A stretch of 64,000 nucleotides of DNA from an uncultured Acidobacteriota bacterium (GTDB taxonomy: Bacteria > Acidobacteriota > Vicinamibacteria > Vicinamibacterales > CAVVIG01). Both the position numbers and the translations under genes were made by a program. The notes under the pieces are model-generated. The model was not told the DNA's origin. It saw only the letters and a list, made by a program, of their open reading frames with translations, and searched no databases. Shown one piece after another: positions 39,063-47,236 of the stretch. The stretch covers positions 16,778-80,777 of the forward strand of contig CAVQVI010000023.1 in NCBI GenBank assembly GCA_963717075.1, written 5' to 3'. Numbering within the stretch: the first letter of the stretch is position 1; each line of letters starts with the position of its first letter.

Positions 39063-40010
39063 GCGGCTGCGCCTCTCTCGCGCAGCAACAGGCCGACGAG
39101 CGGCGTCAGGGTATCGACGAGTGCCGCCGACGCGCCAATCCGGTCGGTCAGCGCCGCCGTCTCCCGGACGTCGACCGCTTCGACCGCCGTGCCGAGCCGC
39201 TCCTCGAGACTCCGGCGAACGTGCTCGGCGTTTGCCGGCTGGTCGAGGTTGGCGAACGCACCACCGAGGACGACCCGGGTGAAGCCGGCGCCCTCGAGCC
39301 GGTCTTCGTAGGTACATCGCCGTCTGATGCACGAGATCGGCGAGGCTGCCCTCCCCATCGGCTCCCCGGCTTCGGAAAAATATCAGATCGGCGCTTCGCA
39401 TGATCGCAATCGACGTGTAGTCGGTTGCCACATTGATCAGCAGCCAGTCGGCCCTCGGGGGCGCTGACCCGGCCAGCAGCGCATTGATCAGGTTGAAGGT
39501 GGCAATATCGACGAGGCCAGCGTGCGCGCCGGCACCCTCGCACACGGCCTCGTACTCCTCGATCGCGGCACGCCGCGCGACCGACACAATGAACTCGTGG
39601 CCGTCGGGGGTATGAACGCTAGGGACGTAGCTGACCAGTCCCTCGTCAATCGGAAACGGTGCGGCCTTGCGCACCTGCCACCGGATCAGCTGATCGAGAT
39701 CCTGCGTGCGGGCCGGCACCTGGGCGAAACGGACGAGCGAGATCTTGGCCACCGGATCCGGGAGAATGAGACCGATGCGGCGCGGCCGGCCCATCTGCTC
39801 GAGCACGCGGCCGAGCGCGGATGCCACGGCGGTTCTGTCAGGCATGTTCGGGCCGACGAGCGCCGGCACGAGCGCCCCCGGCGGCAGCGCTTCGGTCGCG
39901 TGCATCGCCACCACTGGACGCCCGCCGCGGATCTCGATGGCCGCGGCCGACACCCGATGCGACGCCAGTTCGACGGCTACCGCGGGCGCGAGGGCCCCGA
40001 ACCTCTTCAT
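39059..40010 (-). CDS. pilM: PilM-like actin-fold ATPase (GspL cytoplasmic-domain equivalent), with a 1-nt frameshift near 39311-39313
   Basis: The N-terminal 232 aa are in the 38436..40010 frame (…SLADLVHQTAMY). The continuation YEDRLEGAGFTRVVLGGAFANL... is in the ORF 39059..39358 frame. The track 524-aa ORF is an artefactual PilM-junk-PilN fusion. Confidence 0.75.
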
Positions 40011-41659
40011 TCGACGAACGTCACCTTGTTGATTTCACGGAGCGTCGTGACGCCTTCGAGCACGCGCTCCACCGCCGACTCGCGCAGAAAGCGCATTCCC
40101 TCGTCGCGGGCGACCTTCTTGATTTCCGATGTCGGCCGCTTCTCGAGGATCAGTTCGCGGATGTGATCCGTCAGATCGAGGAGCTCGCAGATCGCGAGCC
40201 GTCCCTTGAAGCCGGTGCCATTGCACTCGATGCAGCCCACGCCTTCGTAGAACGTATGGCCAGCAACGCGTGCCGGATCGAGCGCCGATTCTTCGAGGAG
40301 CGCACGCGACGGCTTCACCGGACGTTTGCAGTGCGCACAGATGACACGGACCAGCCGCTGCGCGAGGACGCAGTTGAGCGCCGAGACGAACTGGTACGCC
40401 TCGACCCCCATGTTGAGGAAACGCCCCAGCACATCGAGCACGTTGTTGGCGTGCACGGTCGTGAACACCAGGTGGCCTGTGAGCGCCGAGTTGATGGCGA
40501 TCTGAGCGGTCTCGTTGTCGCGGATCTCGCCGACCATGATCTTGTCGGGGTCGTGCCGGAGAATGGAACGCAGACCGCGGGCAAACGTGAGGCCCTTCTT
40601 CTCGTTGATTGGGATCTGCGTGATGCCCTTGAGCTGATACTCCACGGGGTCTTCAATCGTGATGATCTTGTCTTCGACCGACTTGATCTCGGACAGCGCC
40701 GCGTACAGCGTCGTCGTCTTGCCGCTACCCGTCGGGCCGGTGACGAGCACCATGCCGTACGGCTCGGCGATGTACTTGCGGAAGCGCTTCAATTCCGCCT
40801 GCGGAAACCCGAGGATGTCGAGGGTCAGTTCCGTGAACTGCTCGCTGAGCGACTCCTTGTCGAGAATACGGATGACGGCGTCCTCGCCGTGCACACTCGG
40901 CATGATTGAGACGCGGAAATCGATGGTCTTGCCGGGCATGCGAAGCTTGAAGCGCCCGTCCTGCGGCACGCGTTTCTCGGCGATGTCGAGCTCCGCCATC
41001 ACTTTGATGCGCGAGATGATCGAACTGTGGAACTGCTTCGCGATGGGCCGCATCGCCGGCTGCAGAACGCCGTCGATCCGGTACTTCACGTGCACCGCAT
41101 CGTCCTGGGTTTCGATGTGGATGTCGCTCGCACGACGCTGAATAGCCGTGAAGATTGTCGAGTCCACGAGCCGGATGACCGGGCTGATGTCGCTCGTCAG
41201 CCGCTCGACGGTGAGACGATCCTCCGCGTTGTCGTCTTCCTTCAGGAGCTGAAGCTGAAAGCCCTCGGTGGCGTCTTCAAGCACCCGCTGCGAGCTCTCG
41301 CTCTTCTTGAGGATCGACTCGATCGCCGAGCGCGGGCCGACCATCACGTTGATCGGCGTCGCCAGCAGAACGCCGAGCTCGTCGATCATCGGCAGGTCGG
41401 TCGGGTCGGAGACGACAATGGCCAACGTCTTGCCGTCGGGTCCTTCCCGACGGTACGGCACAAAGCCGTAGCGGAGCATGAGTTCGGCGGGGATGGACCG
41501 GAACAGCTCTTGGTCGATCCGGAACGTCTCCATGTCGATGAAGTCCAGCCGATAACGCTCGGCCAGCCGGCGCGCCTGTTCGACCTCGAAACGGTGATCC
41601 TCGACGCCGACCTCGGTGTCGGTGTGAAGCGACGCGGATCGCGGCGTGTCAGCGTTCAA
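40007..41659 (-). CDS. Type II secretion / type IV pilus assembly ATPase (GspE/PilB family)
   Basis: N-terminal T2SSE_N-type domain, Walker A VTGPTGSGKTTT, Asp/His boxes and the tetracysteine motif CAHC...CIEC. Confidence 0.9.
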   Translation of the reverse strand: MNADTPRSASLHTDTEVGVEDHRFEVEQARRLAERYRLDFIDMETFRIDQELFRSIPAELMLRYGFVPYRREGPDGKTLAIVVSDPTDLPMIDELGVLLATPINVMVGPRSAIESILKKSESSQRVLEDATEGFQLQLLKEDDNAEDRLTVERLTSDISPVIRLVDSTIFTAIQRRASDIHIETQDDAVHVKYRIDGVLQPAMRPIAKQFHSSIISRIKVMAELDIAEKRVPQDGRFKLRMPGKTIDFRVSIMPSVHGEDAVIRILDKESLSEQFTELTLDILGFPQAELKRFRKYIAEPYGMVLVTGPTGSGKTTTLYAALSEIKSVEDKIITIEDPVEYQLKGITQIPINEKKGLTFARGLRSILRHDPDKIMVGEIRDNETAQIAINSALTGHLVFTTVHANNVLDVLGRFLNMGVEAYQFVSALNCVLAQRLVRVICAHCKRPVKPSRALLEESALDPARVAGHTFYEGVGCIECNGTGFKGRLAICELLDLTDHIRELILEKRPTSEIKKVARDEGMRFLRESAVERVLEGVTTLREINKVTFVE

Positions 41660-41685
41660 CGCAGCCCCTCCTGTCCGGTGCTGTC

Positions 41686-41754
41686 GTAGGCCCGACCTTC
41701 AGGTCGGGCGCTACGGGTCCGGGCGTGTTCGCCCGAGCTCAAGCTCGGGCCTAC
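41686..41754. repeat. REP-like palindromic element pair (opposite orientations) between the ATPase and platform genes
   Basis: GTAGGCCCGACCTTCAGGTCGGGCGCTAC, then GCCCGAGCTCAAGCTCGGGCCTAC. The same family occurs at 5 other loci downstream. Confidence 0.85.
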
Positions 41755-41762
41755 GACGTCGT

Positions 41763-42989
41763 TCACTGTCCCCCCGACGAGCTCAGCACGGAGCTGAGCT
41801 GGAAAATCGGCAGGTACAACGCGATCAGCAGGATGGCGATCACCAGGCCCATGATCACGAGCAACACCGGCTCGACGAGGGTCACGAACCGCTCCATGTT
41901 CGTGTTGATCTCCTCGTCGTAGAAGTCGGCCACGGTGTTCAGCATTTCCTGCAGGGCTCCTGTCGACTCGCCCACTTCCGCCATTTTCACGGCGACGTCC
42001 GGAAACGTGTGCCGGGCCTGAAGAGCTGCCGAGAAGGACTCGCCTTCCTTCACACGCGTGGCCACAATCGCAAGTTGCTTCGCGAGGAACTGATTCGACA
42101 TCGATCTGGTGGCGATGTCGAGTGCGTGCACGAGCGGCAGCCCGCCGCCGAGGAGCGTGGCGAGCGTGCGCGCCATCTGTGAGGTGGAGAACTTCCGCGC
42201 CACGTCGCCGAGCATCGGGACGGTGAGAATGGCGCGATCGAAACGCGCCTGCTGTCCCGATTGGCGCATCCACGTGATGCCGCCGGCCAGCAGCAACGCG
42301 ATCCCAGCGACAAGAAACAGGAACTGCCCGCGCACAAGGTCGGAGAAGCCGACAATGACCCTGGTCATGATCGGCAGATCGGTGGCGCCAAAGCTCGAGT
42401 AGAAATCGGAGAACGCCGGGACGACTCTCAGGACGATGATGACGACGAGCACCAGCGCCAGCACCGTGAGAATCGCCGGATACACGAGCGCGGAGATCGT
42501 CTTGCGCTTCATGGTCTCGATGATCTTGGAGTACTCGACGAACCGGCGCAGGACGCTGTCGAGGCTGCCACTGCGCTCTCCAGCGAGGAGCGAGGCGGTG
42601 TACACCGTCGGCAGCACCGACTCGTGCGCGCCAAAGGCCTCGGAGAGCGCCGCGCCCGACCGCACCTTCCCGTGCACGTCCTCGAGAATGCTCCGGAACG
42701 CCGCAGACTCGACACGTTGCTTGAGCAGTTCGAGCGACTGGACCAGCGGCATGCCGGCCTTCAGCAGTGTCGCGAGTTCCTGATTGAAAATGAGAAATTC
42801 CCGTGACGGAACTGTCGCGCGGTGCGGCAGCCGCACGGAAAGCCCGGCCACCGACCCCTTCTCGTGCAACGCGAGGACAAACAGCCCCTTCTCTTCGAAG
42901 TCGTGTCTGAGCCGAGCCTCGCTGTCGGCAACATACACCCCTTCGCTGATTTCGCCGGAGGGCGACGCGATGCGGCATCGAAATTCCAC
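41763..42989 (-). CDS. Type II secretion system F / PilC platform protein
   Basis: 408 aa with a duplicated T2SSF domain and 3 TM segments. GTG start. Confidence 0.9.
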   Translation of the reverse strand: MEFRCRIASPSGEISEGVYVADSEARLRHDFEEKGLFVLALHEKGSVAGLSVRLPHRATVPSREFLIFNQELATLLKAGMPLVQSLELLKQRVESAAFRSILEDVHGKVRSGAALSEAFGAHESVLPTVYTASLLAGERSGSLDSVLRRFVEYSKIIETMKRKTISALVYPAILTVLALVLVVIIVLRVVPAFSDFYSSFGATDLPIMTRVIVGFSDLVRGQFLFLVAGIALLLAGGITWMRQSGQQARFDRAILTVPMLGDVARKFSTSQMARTLATLLGGGLPLVHALDIATRSMSNQFLAKQLAIVATRVKEGESFSAALQARHTFPDVAVKMAEVGESTGALQEMLNTVADFYDEEINTNMERFVTLVEPVLLVIMGLVIAILLIALYLPIFQLSSVLSSSGGQ

Positions 42990-43070
42990 GGCTCAGGCAC
43001 CTGCCCTGAGCCGTTCCGCTCGCGGTGGTCGGCTGCAAGGGATTGTCAGCGTGGACATTAGTGGCACGTG

Positions 43071-43079
43071 ATTATACCA
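43071..43079 (-). promoter_or_regulatory. Candidate extended -10 element TGGTATAAT for the secretion/pilus operon
   Basis: On the minus strand, 43079..43071 reads TGGTATAAT, about 80 nt upstream of the platform-gene GTG. There is no good -35. Confidence 0.35.
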
Positions 43080-43156
43080 ATAGCCGGGATTTAACTCTGC
43101 TCTAGAAATCGGTCTGTAGGCCTCTGAAGGTTAGACGTCGGGGGGCAGGAAAAGCT

Positions 43157-43834
43157 CTAGCCGATGAGCCTGAGAATGCGAGAGACGTAGGCGCGAGTCT
43201 CCTGGAATGGTGGGATGCCTCCGAAGCGCTGCACGGCGGCCTCGCCGGCGTTGTACGCGGCGAGCGCCAGCGGTACGTTCTGGGTGAAGCGCTCCAGCAG
43301 CGACCTGAGGTGTTTGATGCCCGCTTCAATGTTGGCGACCGGATCGTAGGGGTTGGCCACGGCGTAACGGCGTGCAGTTTCGGGCATGAGCTGCATCAGG
43401 CCCTTTGCCCCTTTGGACGACCGTGCGCGCTCCTGGTAGTTCGACTCGACCTCGATCACGGCGTGGACAAGCTTTGCGTCGACACCCTGCTCGGCTGCGA
43501 CCCTCGCGATGATGTCGTGGTAGCGAACCTCGGGCCTGGCTGTTACCAAGACGCGGGACTCGACCGGCGTCGACGGAACGGGCATTGGAAGTGCGAGATC
43601 GGGCGACTCGACGTAAGGGACCTCGTCCGCGTCGATCCGGGTGATCACGGAAGATGCCGTGACGATCTCGCCGCCGCCACGCAACCGCAGTACCACCTGA
43701 TCACCCCGCAGCTCGTGTCCGCTCACGGACATCGTACGGCCTGTCGAGAAGACGACGATCTCTGCTCGCGCCGACGGGGGAACCGCCAGCATGGACATCA
43801 TCCATCCAGCGGCCAGAACTTTCATTCGATCCAT
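43157..43834 (-). CDS. Lytic transglycosylase (SLT domain) with signal peptide
   Basis: VIEVESNYQERARSSKGAKGLMQLMPETA...AAYNAGEAAV. Start taken at MDRMKVLAAGW, just after the upstream gene stop. Confidence 0.8.
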   Translation of the reverse strand: MDRMKVLAAGWMMSMLAVPPSARAEIVVFSTGRTMSVSGHELRGDQVVLRLRGGGEIVTASSVITRIDADEVPYVESPDLALPMPVPSTPVESRVLVTARPEVRYHDIIARVAAEQGVDAKLVHAVIEVESNYQERARSSKGAKGLMQLMPETARRYAVANPYDPVANIEAGIKHLRSLLERFTQNVPLALAAYNAGEAAVQRFGGIPPFQETRAYVSRILRLIG

Positions 43835-43838
43835 CGGC

Positions 43839-44744
43839 CTACCTGCCATCCACGTACGCGTGAAACACCCGAACGCCGAGCACGCGGCTGTCGCGCGAGG
43901 TGGCCGGGGTCGTCTGGGCGGGCACGAACGTCTTGTCGACCACGATGTGCAATTCTGACATCTCATCGGACCCCATTAGGGAGGCCGGCAGCTTGATTTT
44001 TCGCAGCAGCCGCGTGGCGGGCGCCAGAGCGAACGTGTCCACGGTCGTACCCTCTAGCATGACCTGTACCTGCTGGGACTCAAACGGGCTTCCCGGATTG
44101 TCGAGGTCGAGGTAGAAGGTCACGTCCTTCTTCAGGTTCTTGAACGCCAGCGTCGCCTCCTTCTTGGTCCACTGCCACTCGACCAGGCTGTCATGTTGAG
44201 ACGATTCGGCCATGTTCCAGCCCTCTTTGAAGACCGTGTACAGGTTCTCGGTCTGTGGCTGCAACTCGAGGCGGGCGACGCGATAGGCGTGTTGGCCGAC
44301 ATGTTCGCCGTTGAGCGACAGTCGTCTGTCTTCGCCCGTGGTTGTATGGAGTCCCATCTCGATCGTCGCATCACCAATATAGGGAAACACGGGAACAAAA
44401 ATCGTTCTCGTGTACTCAACCGTCTGGCCCGGCTTCCACTGAGACGTCGGAACGGGAGGATTGTGGTCGTCGCCCCAGATCCGCTCGCCGTCGGAATCCT
44501 TGACGTGCACAAACACCCGGTAGTCTTGGTCGAAGCGTGCATCGTTGGCGACCACGAATTTGTAGGTGATTTCAAGCGCGGCACCAGCGGCCACTTTATT
44601 GTGATCGAGGGTGACGTTCGGCGTGGCAACGGGTGGGGTTTCTGCCTTTTTGCGTCCGCAGCCGACGGCCAAGCTTGCCATGACGAGCAGCGCGAGGCAC
44701 CGCCCAGCCCCGCTTCCGAACAGTCGAGTCATGCGCGCAATCAT
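43839..44744 (-). CDS. Conserved hypothetical lipoprotein
   Basis: Signal plus lipobox [10 protein letters not shown] after an internal Met, and a beta-rich body without motifs I recognise. The track ORF (to 44909) overlaps the divergent BMC gene region. Confidence 0.45.
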   Translation of the reverse strand: MIARMTRLFGSGAGRCLALLVMASLAVGCGRKKAETPPVATPNVTLDHNKVAAGAALEITYKFVVANDARFDQDYRVFVHVKDSDGERIWGDDHNPPVPTSQWKPGQTVEYTRTIFVPVFPYIGDATIEMGLHTTTGEDRRLSLNGEHVGQHAYRVARLELQPQTENLYTVFKEGWNMAESSQHDSLVEWQWTKKEATLAFKNLKKDVTFYLDLDNPGSPFESQQVQVMLEGTTVDTFALAPATRLLRKIKLPASLMGSDEMSELHIVVDKTFVPAQTTPATSRDSRVLGVRVFHAYVDGR

Positions 44745-44796
44745 AGACCATCCCGCGCATCCATATGCTACAGTTCTCGCCGCCGGAGGAACGGGC

Positions 44797-45081
44797 ATGT
44801 CACAGGACGCATTGGGTTTGATCGAAACGAAGGGACTGATCGGATCGATCGAAGCCGCGGATGCCATGGTAAAGGCGGCGAACGTGTCCCTCATCGGCAA
44901 GGAATACATCGGGGCTGGCTACGTGACGGTGATGGTCCGTGGCGACGTCGGCGCCGTCAAGGCAGCGACCGACGCCGGCGCCGCTGCCGCGCGGCGCGTG
45001 GGCGAACTCGTGTCCGTGCACGTCATCCCCCGCCCGCACAGCGAGGTTGAGCGCATTCTCCCCAAGGGCGCCACGACGTAA
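44797..45081 (+). CDS. Bacterial microcompartment shell protein, BMC-H (PduA/EutM/CcmK type)
   Basis: 94 aa. [26 protein letters not shown]...[17 protein letters not shown]...VHVIPRPH is a canonical single BMC domain. Confidence 0.85.
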   Translation: MSQDALGLIETKGLIGSIEAADAMVKAANVSLIGKEYIGAGYVTVMVRGDVGAVKAATDAGAAAARRVGELVSVHVIPRPHSEVERILPKGATT

Positions 45082-45165
45082 CAGCGCAGAAACCGCAGGG
45101 CGTGCCAGCTCCATTTGGTTTCCCTGCGCGATCTGCGAGTTCCGCGGTAGACGCGCTTCAGAACC

Positions 45166-46959
45166 ATGGCCGAGAGCACCCAGAACCACACCGATCGCGA
45201 CCTGACCTCGATCGCCCAGGCGCGCGCCCTTGCGCGGCGCGCCAAACACGCGTGGCTGACGCTCGCCGAGTTGAGCCAGGAGCAGATCGACGCGATCGTC
45301 GACGCGATGGCGGTGGCCGCCACCGCGGCAGGCTGAGGCCTTTGCGCGCCTCGCCGTCGAAGAAACGGGCTACGGCATCGTCGCCGACAAGATTCAGAAG
45401 AACCTCTTCTCGTCCCAGAAGGTCTACAACTTCATCAGGCCGATGAAGACCGTCGGCGTCGTGGCCCGTGATGACGATCGCCGTGTCATCGAGATCGCGG
45501 AGCCCTTCGGCGTGGTGGCCGCGGTTGTCCCCTCCACCAACCCGACATCAACGGCCATCTACAAGATCCTCATCTCGATCAAGGCGCGATGTTCGATCGT
45601 GCTGAGCCCTCACCCCTCTGCGGTCAAGTGCATCACGCGTGTCGCGGAGGTGATGGAGGAAGCGGCCCGCCGTGCCGGCGCGCCCGACGGTGCGATCAGC
45701 TGGATGACGACCGTCACGCATCGAGGGCACGCAGGAGTTGATGAAGCACCGCGATGTGGCGGTGATCCTCGCGACCGGCGGCATGGGGCTCGTGCGCGCG
45801 GCGTACAGCGCGGGCAAACCCGCGTATGGCGTCGGCCCCGGCAATGCGCCCTGCTACATCGAGCGGACCGCGGACGTGCGCAAGGCCGTTGCGGGATGTC
45901 GTGACGGGCAAGACGTTCGACAACGGCGTGCTCTGCTCGTCGCCCAACTCGGTGTCGTCGACGAGCCGATCGCGGACGTCGTGAAACGGAGTTTCTGGCG
46001 CAGCGGCGGCTATTTTCTGTCGAAGAGCTGAGATGGACGCGGTGGCGCGTGTACTCGTCACGCCTCAGCGGCTCCCCAACCCGGCGCTCGTCGGCAAGTC
46101 GGCCGTTATCGTCGCCGAGAAGTGCGGCGTTCAGGTGCCGGCGGACACGCGCGTGCTGATTGCGCCCCTCGAGGGTGTCGGCCGCGACTTCCCCCTGTCG
46201 ATCGAAAAGCTCTGCCCCGTGCTGTCGCTCTACGTCGTCCGTGACTGGCGCGAAGGCTGCGAGCGCTGCAAGGAGATCCTGCGCTACGGCGGCATGGGCC
46301 ACACGATGTCCATCCACTCGCAGAACGACGCAGTCATTCTCGAGTTCGGCCTGAAGAAGCCGGCCTTCCGCATCATCGTGAACTCGCCGACCACGCACGG
46401 GTCGATTGGGCTGACGACGGGCCTCGATCCGGCGATGACGCTCGGGTGCGGCGGCTACGGCGGAAACATCACCTCGGACAACATCTCGCCGCGGCATCTG
46501 CTGAACATCAAGCGCCTCGCCTACGAGATCACACCTGCTGCCGTAAGCCCCATCGTGAGCTCAGGCGCGACTGGCTCGAAGCCGTGCTCCAAAGCCTCGG
46601 CGGCTCCCCGCGACATCAGCGCGGCCGTGCTGACCGAACGGATCGATCAGTTTCTGGGGTCACGGGGGTACGTAGGCCCGAGCTTCAGCTCGAGCGCGAC
46701 AGGCTCCGGCGCGCCCGCCCGACCTAAAGGTCGGGCCTACGAAGAAATGTCCGATCAGGTCGTAGGCCCGACCTTCAGGTCGGGCGCCACAGGTTCGGGC
46801 GCTACAGCGTCTGAGGCGCCGCCGTTGACGTTCGTGTGCGAGGAAGACGTCCGTCTTGCTATCAAGGCGGGCCGTCAGCTCGTCGTCTCGGAGAAGGCGA
46901 TCATCACACCATCGGCCAGGGACTTGGGCGAGCAGCATGGGGTGCTGACCTTCCGCTAG
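45166..46959 (+). CDS. Acylating aldehyde dehydrogenase (AdhE N-terminal / EutE-PduP-like) with a C-terminal extension, broken by about 5 apparent frameshifts
   Basis: Pieces in three frames join into one protein: MAESTQNH...[10 protein letters not shown] / [19 protein letters not shown]...[12 protein letters not shown] / [16 protein letters not shown]...[10 protein letters not shown] / [16 protein letters not shown] / VVDEP...GGYFLS / MDAVARVL...[30 protein letters not shown]. Frame switches lie near 45334, 45719, 45893, 45950 and 46025. Confidence 0.75.
46672..46786. repeat. Three REP-like elements lying inside the aldehyde dehydrogenase C-terminal extension ORF
   Basis: GTAGGCCCGAGCTTCAGCTCGAGCG (46672-46696), CGCCCGACCTAAAGGTCGGGCCTAC (46716-46740) and GTAGGCCCGACCTTCAGGTCGGGCG (46762-46786). 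They are translated as [16 protein letters not shown] and VGPTFRSGA. Confidence 0.85.
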
Positions 46960-47016
46960 TCGGATTTTCACGCTTATCTGAAGACCCAACTAGACTTACA
47001 TCAACTAGACTTACTG

Positions 47017-47045
47017 TTGACCCGTCCATGAGGTGATGGTAGGAT
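47017..47045 (+). promoter_or_regulatory. Candidate sigma-70 promoter: -35 TTGACC, 17-bp spacer, -10 TAGGAT
   Basis: Read directly from a locally AT-richer patch, 190 nt upstream of the mltD-like ATG. Confidence 0.45.
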
Positions 47046-47051
47046 GCCTAT

Positions 47052-47236
47052 GCCAGAGTCCGAAGGCGCTACCTTCGACCCGGCGGGGGCCTCTGAGCCC
47101 TCCGCGCGACACACGGTTCGGACGATAAACGTCAGTGTACCGAGCCACGTGATAACCCGGAGCCCCCGTCAGGGGGGCGACTTACGATGCGGCGCTCCTG
47201 TGAGATTGCAGGGGTTGGCCGATCGCGGAGCGCCCG
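47052..47236 (+). promoter_or_regulatory. Long structured 5' leader of the LysM lytic transglycosylase gene (possible riboswitch-type element)
   Basis: Hairpin CCCCC-GUCA-GGGGG (47163-47176). An 8-bp helix GGCGCUCC (47191-47198) / GGAGCGCC (47227-47234) sequesters the GGAG Shine-Dalgarno, which sits 3 nt before the ATG region. Confidence 0.4.

Noticed and set aside
38436-40010. 524-aa ORF suggesting a fused PilM-PilN protein
   Set aside because: The middle ~85 aa (LRRPARGRRLHPGRPRW...) are out-of-frame junk. The real PilM C-terminus (YEDRLEGAGFTRVVLGG...) is in the neighbouring frame and stops at an ATGA overlap with the PilN start. The apparent fusion is therefore an artefact of a 1-nt indel.
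43059-43075. TGGCACG motif as a possible sigma-54 (-24) element, given rpoN in the window
   Set aside because: The -12 element is absent (TGGCACG-TGAT-TATAC instead of TGGCACG-N4-TTGC). It is also on the plus strand, pointing away from any gene start. Other TGGCAC hits lie inside coding regions.
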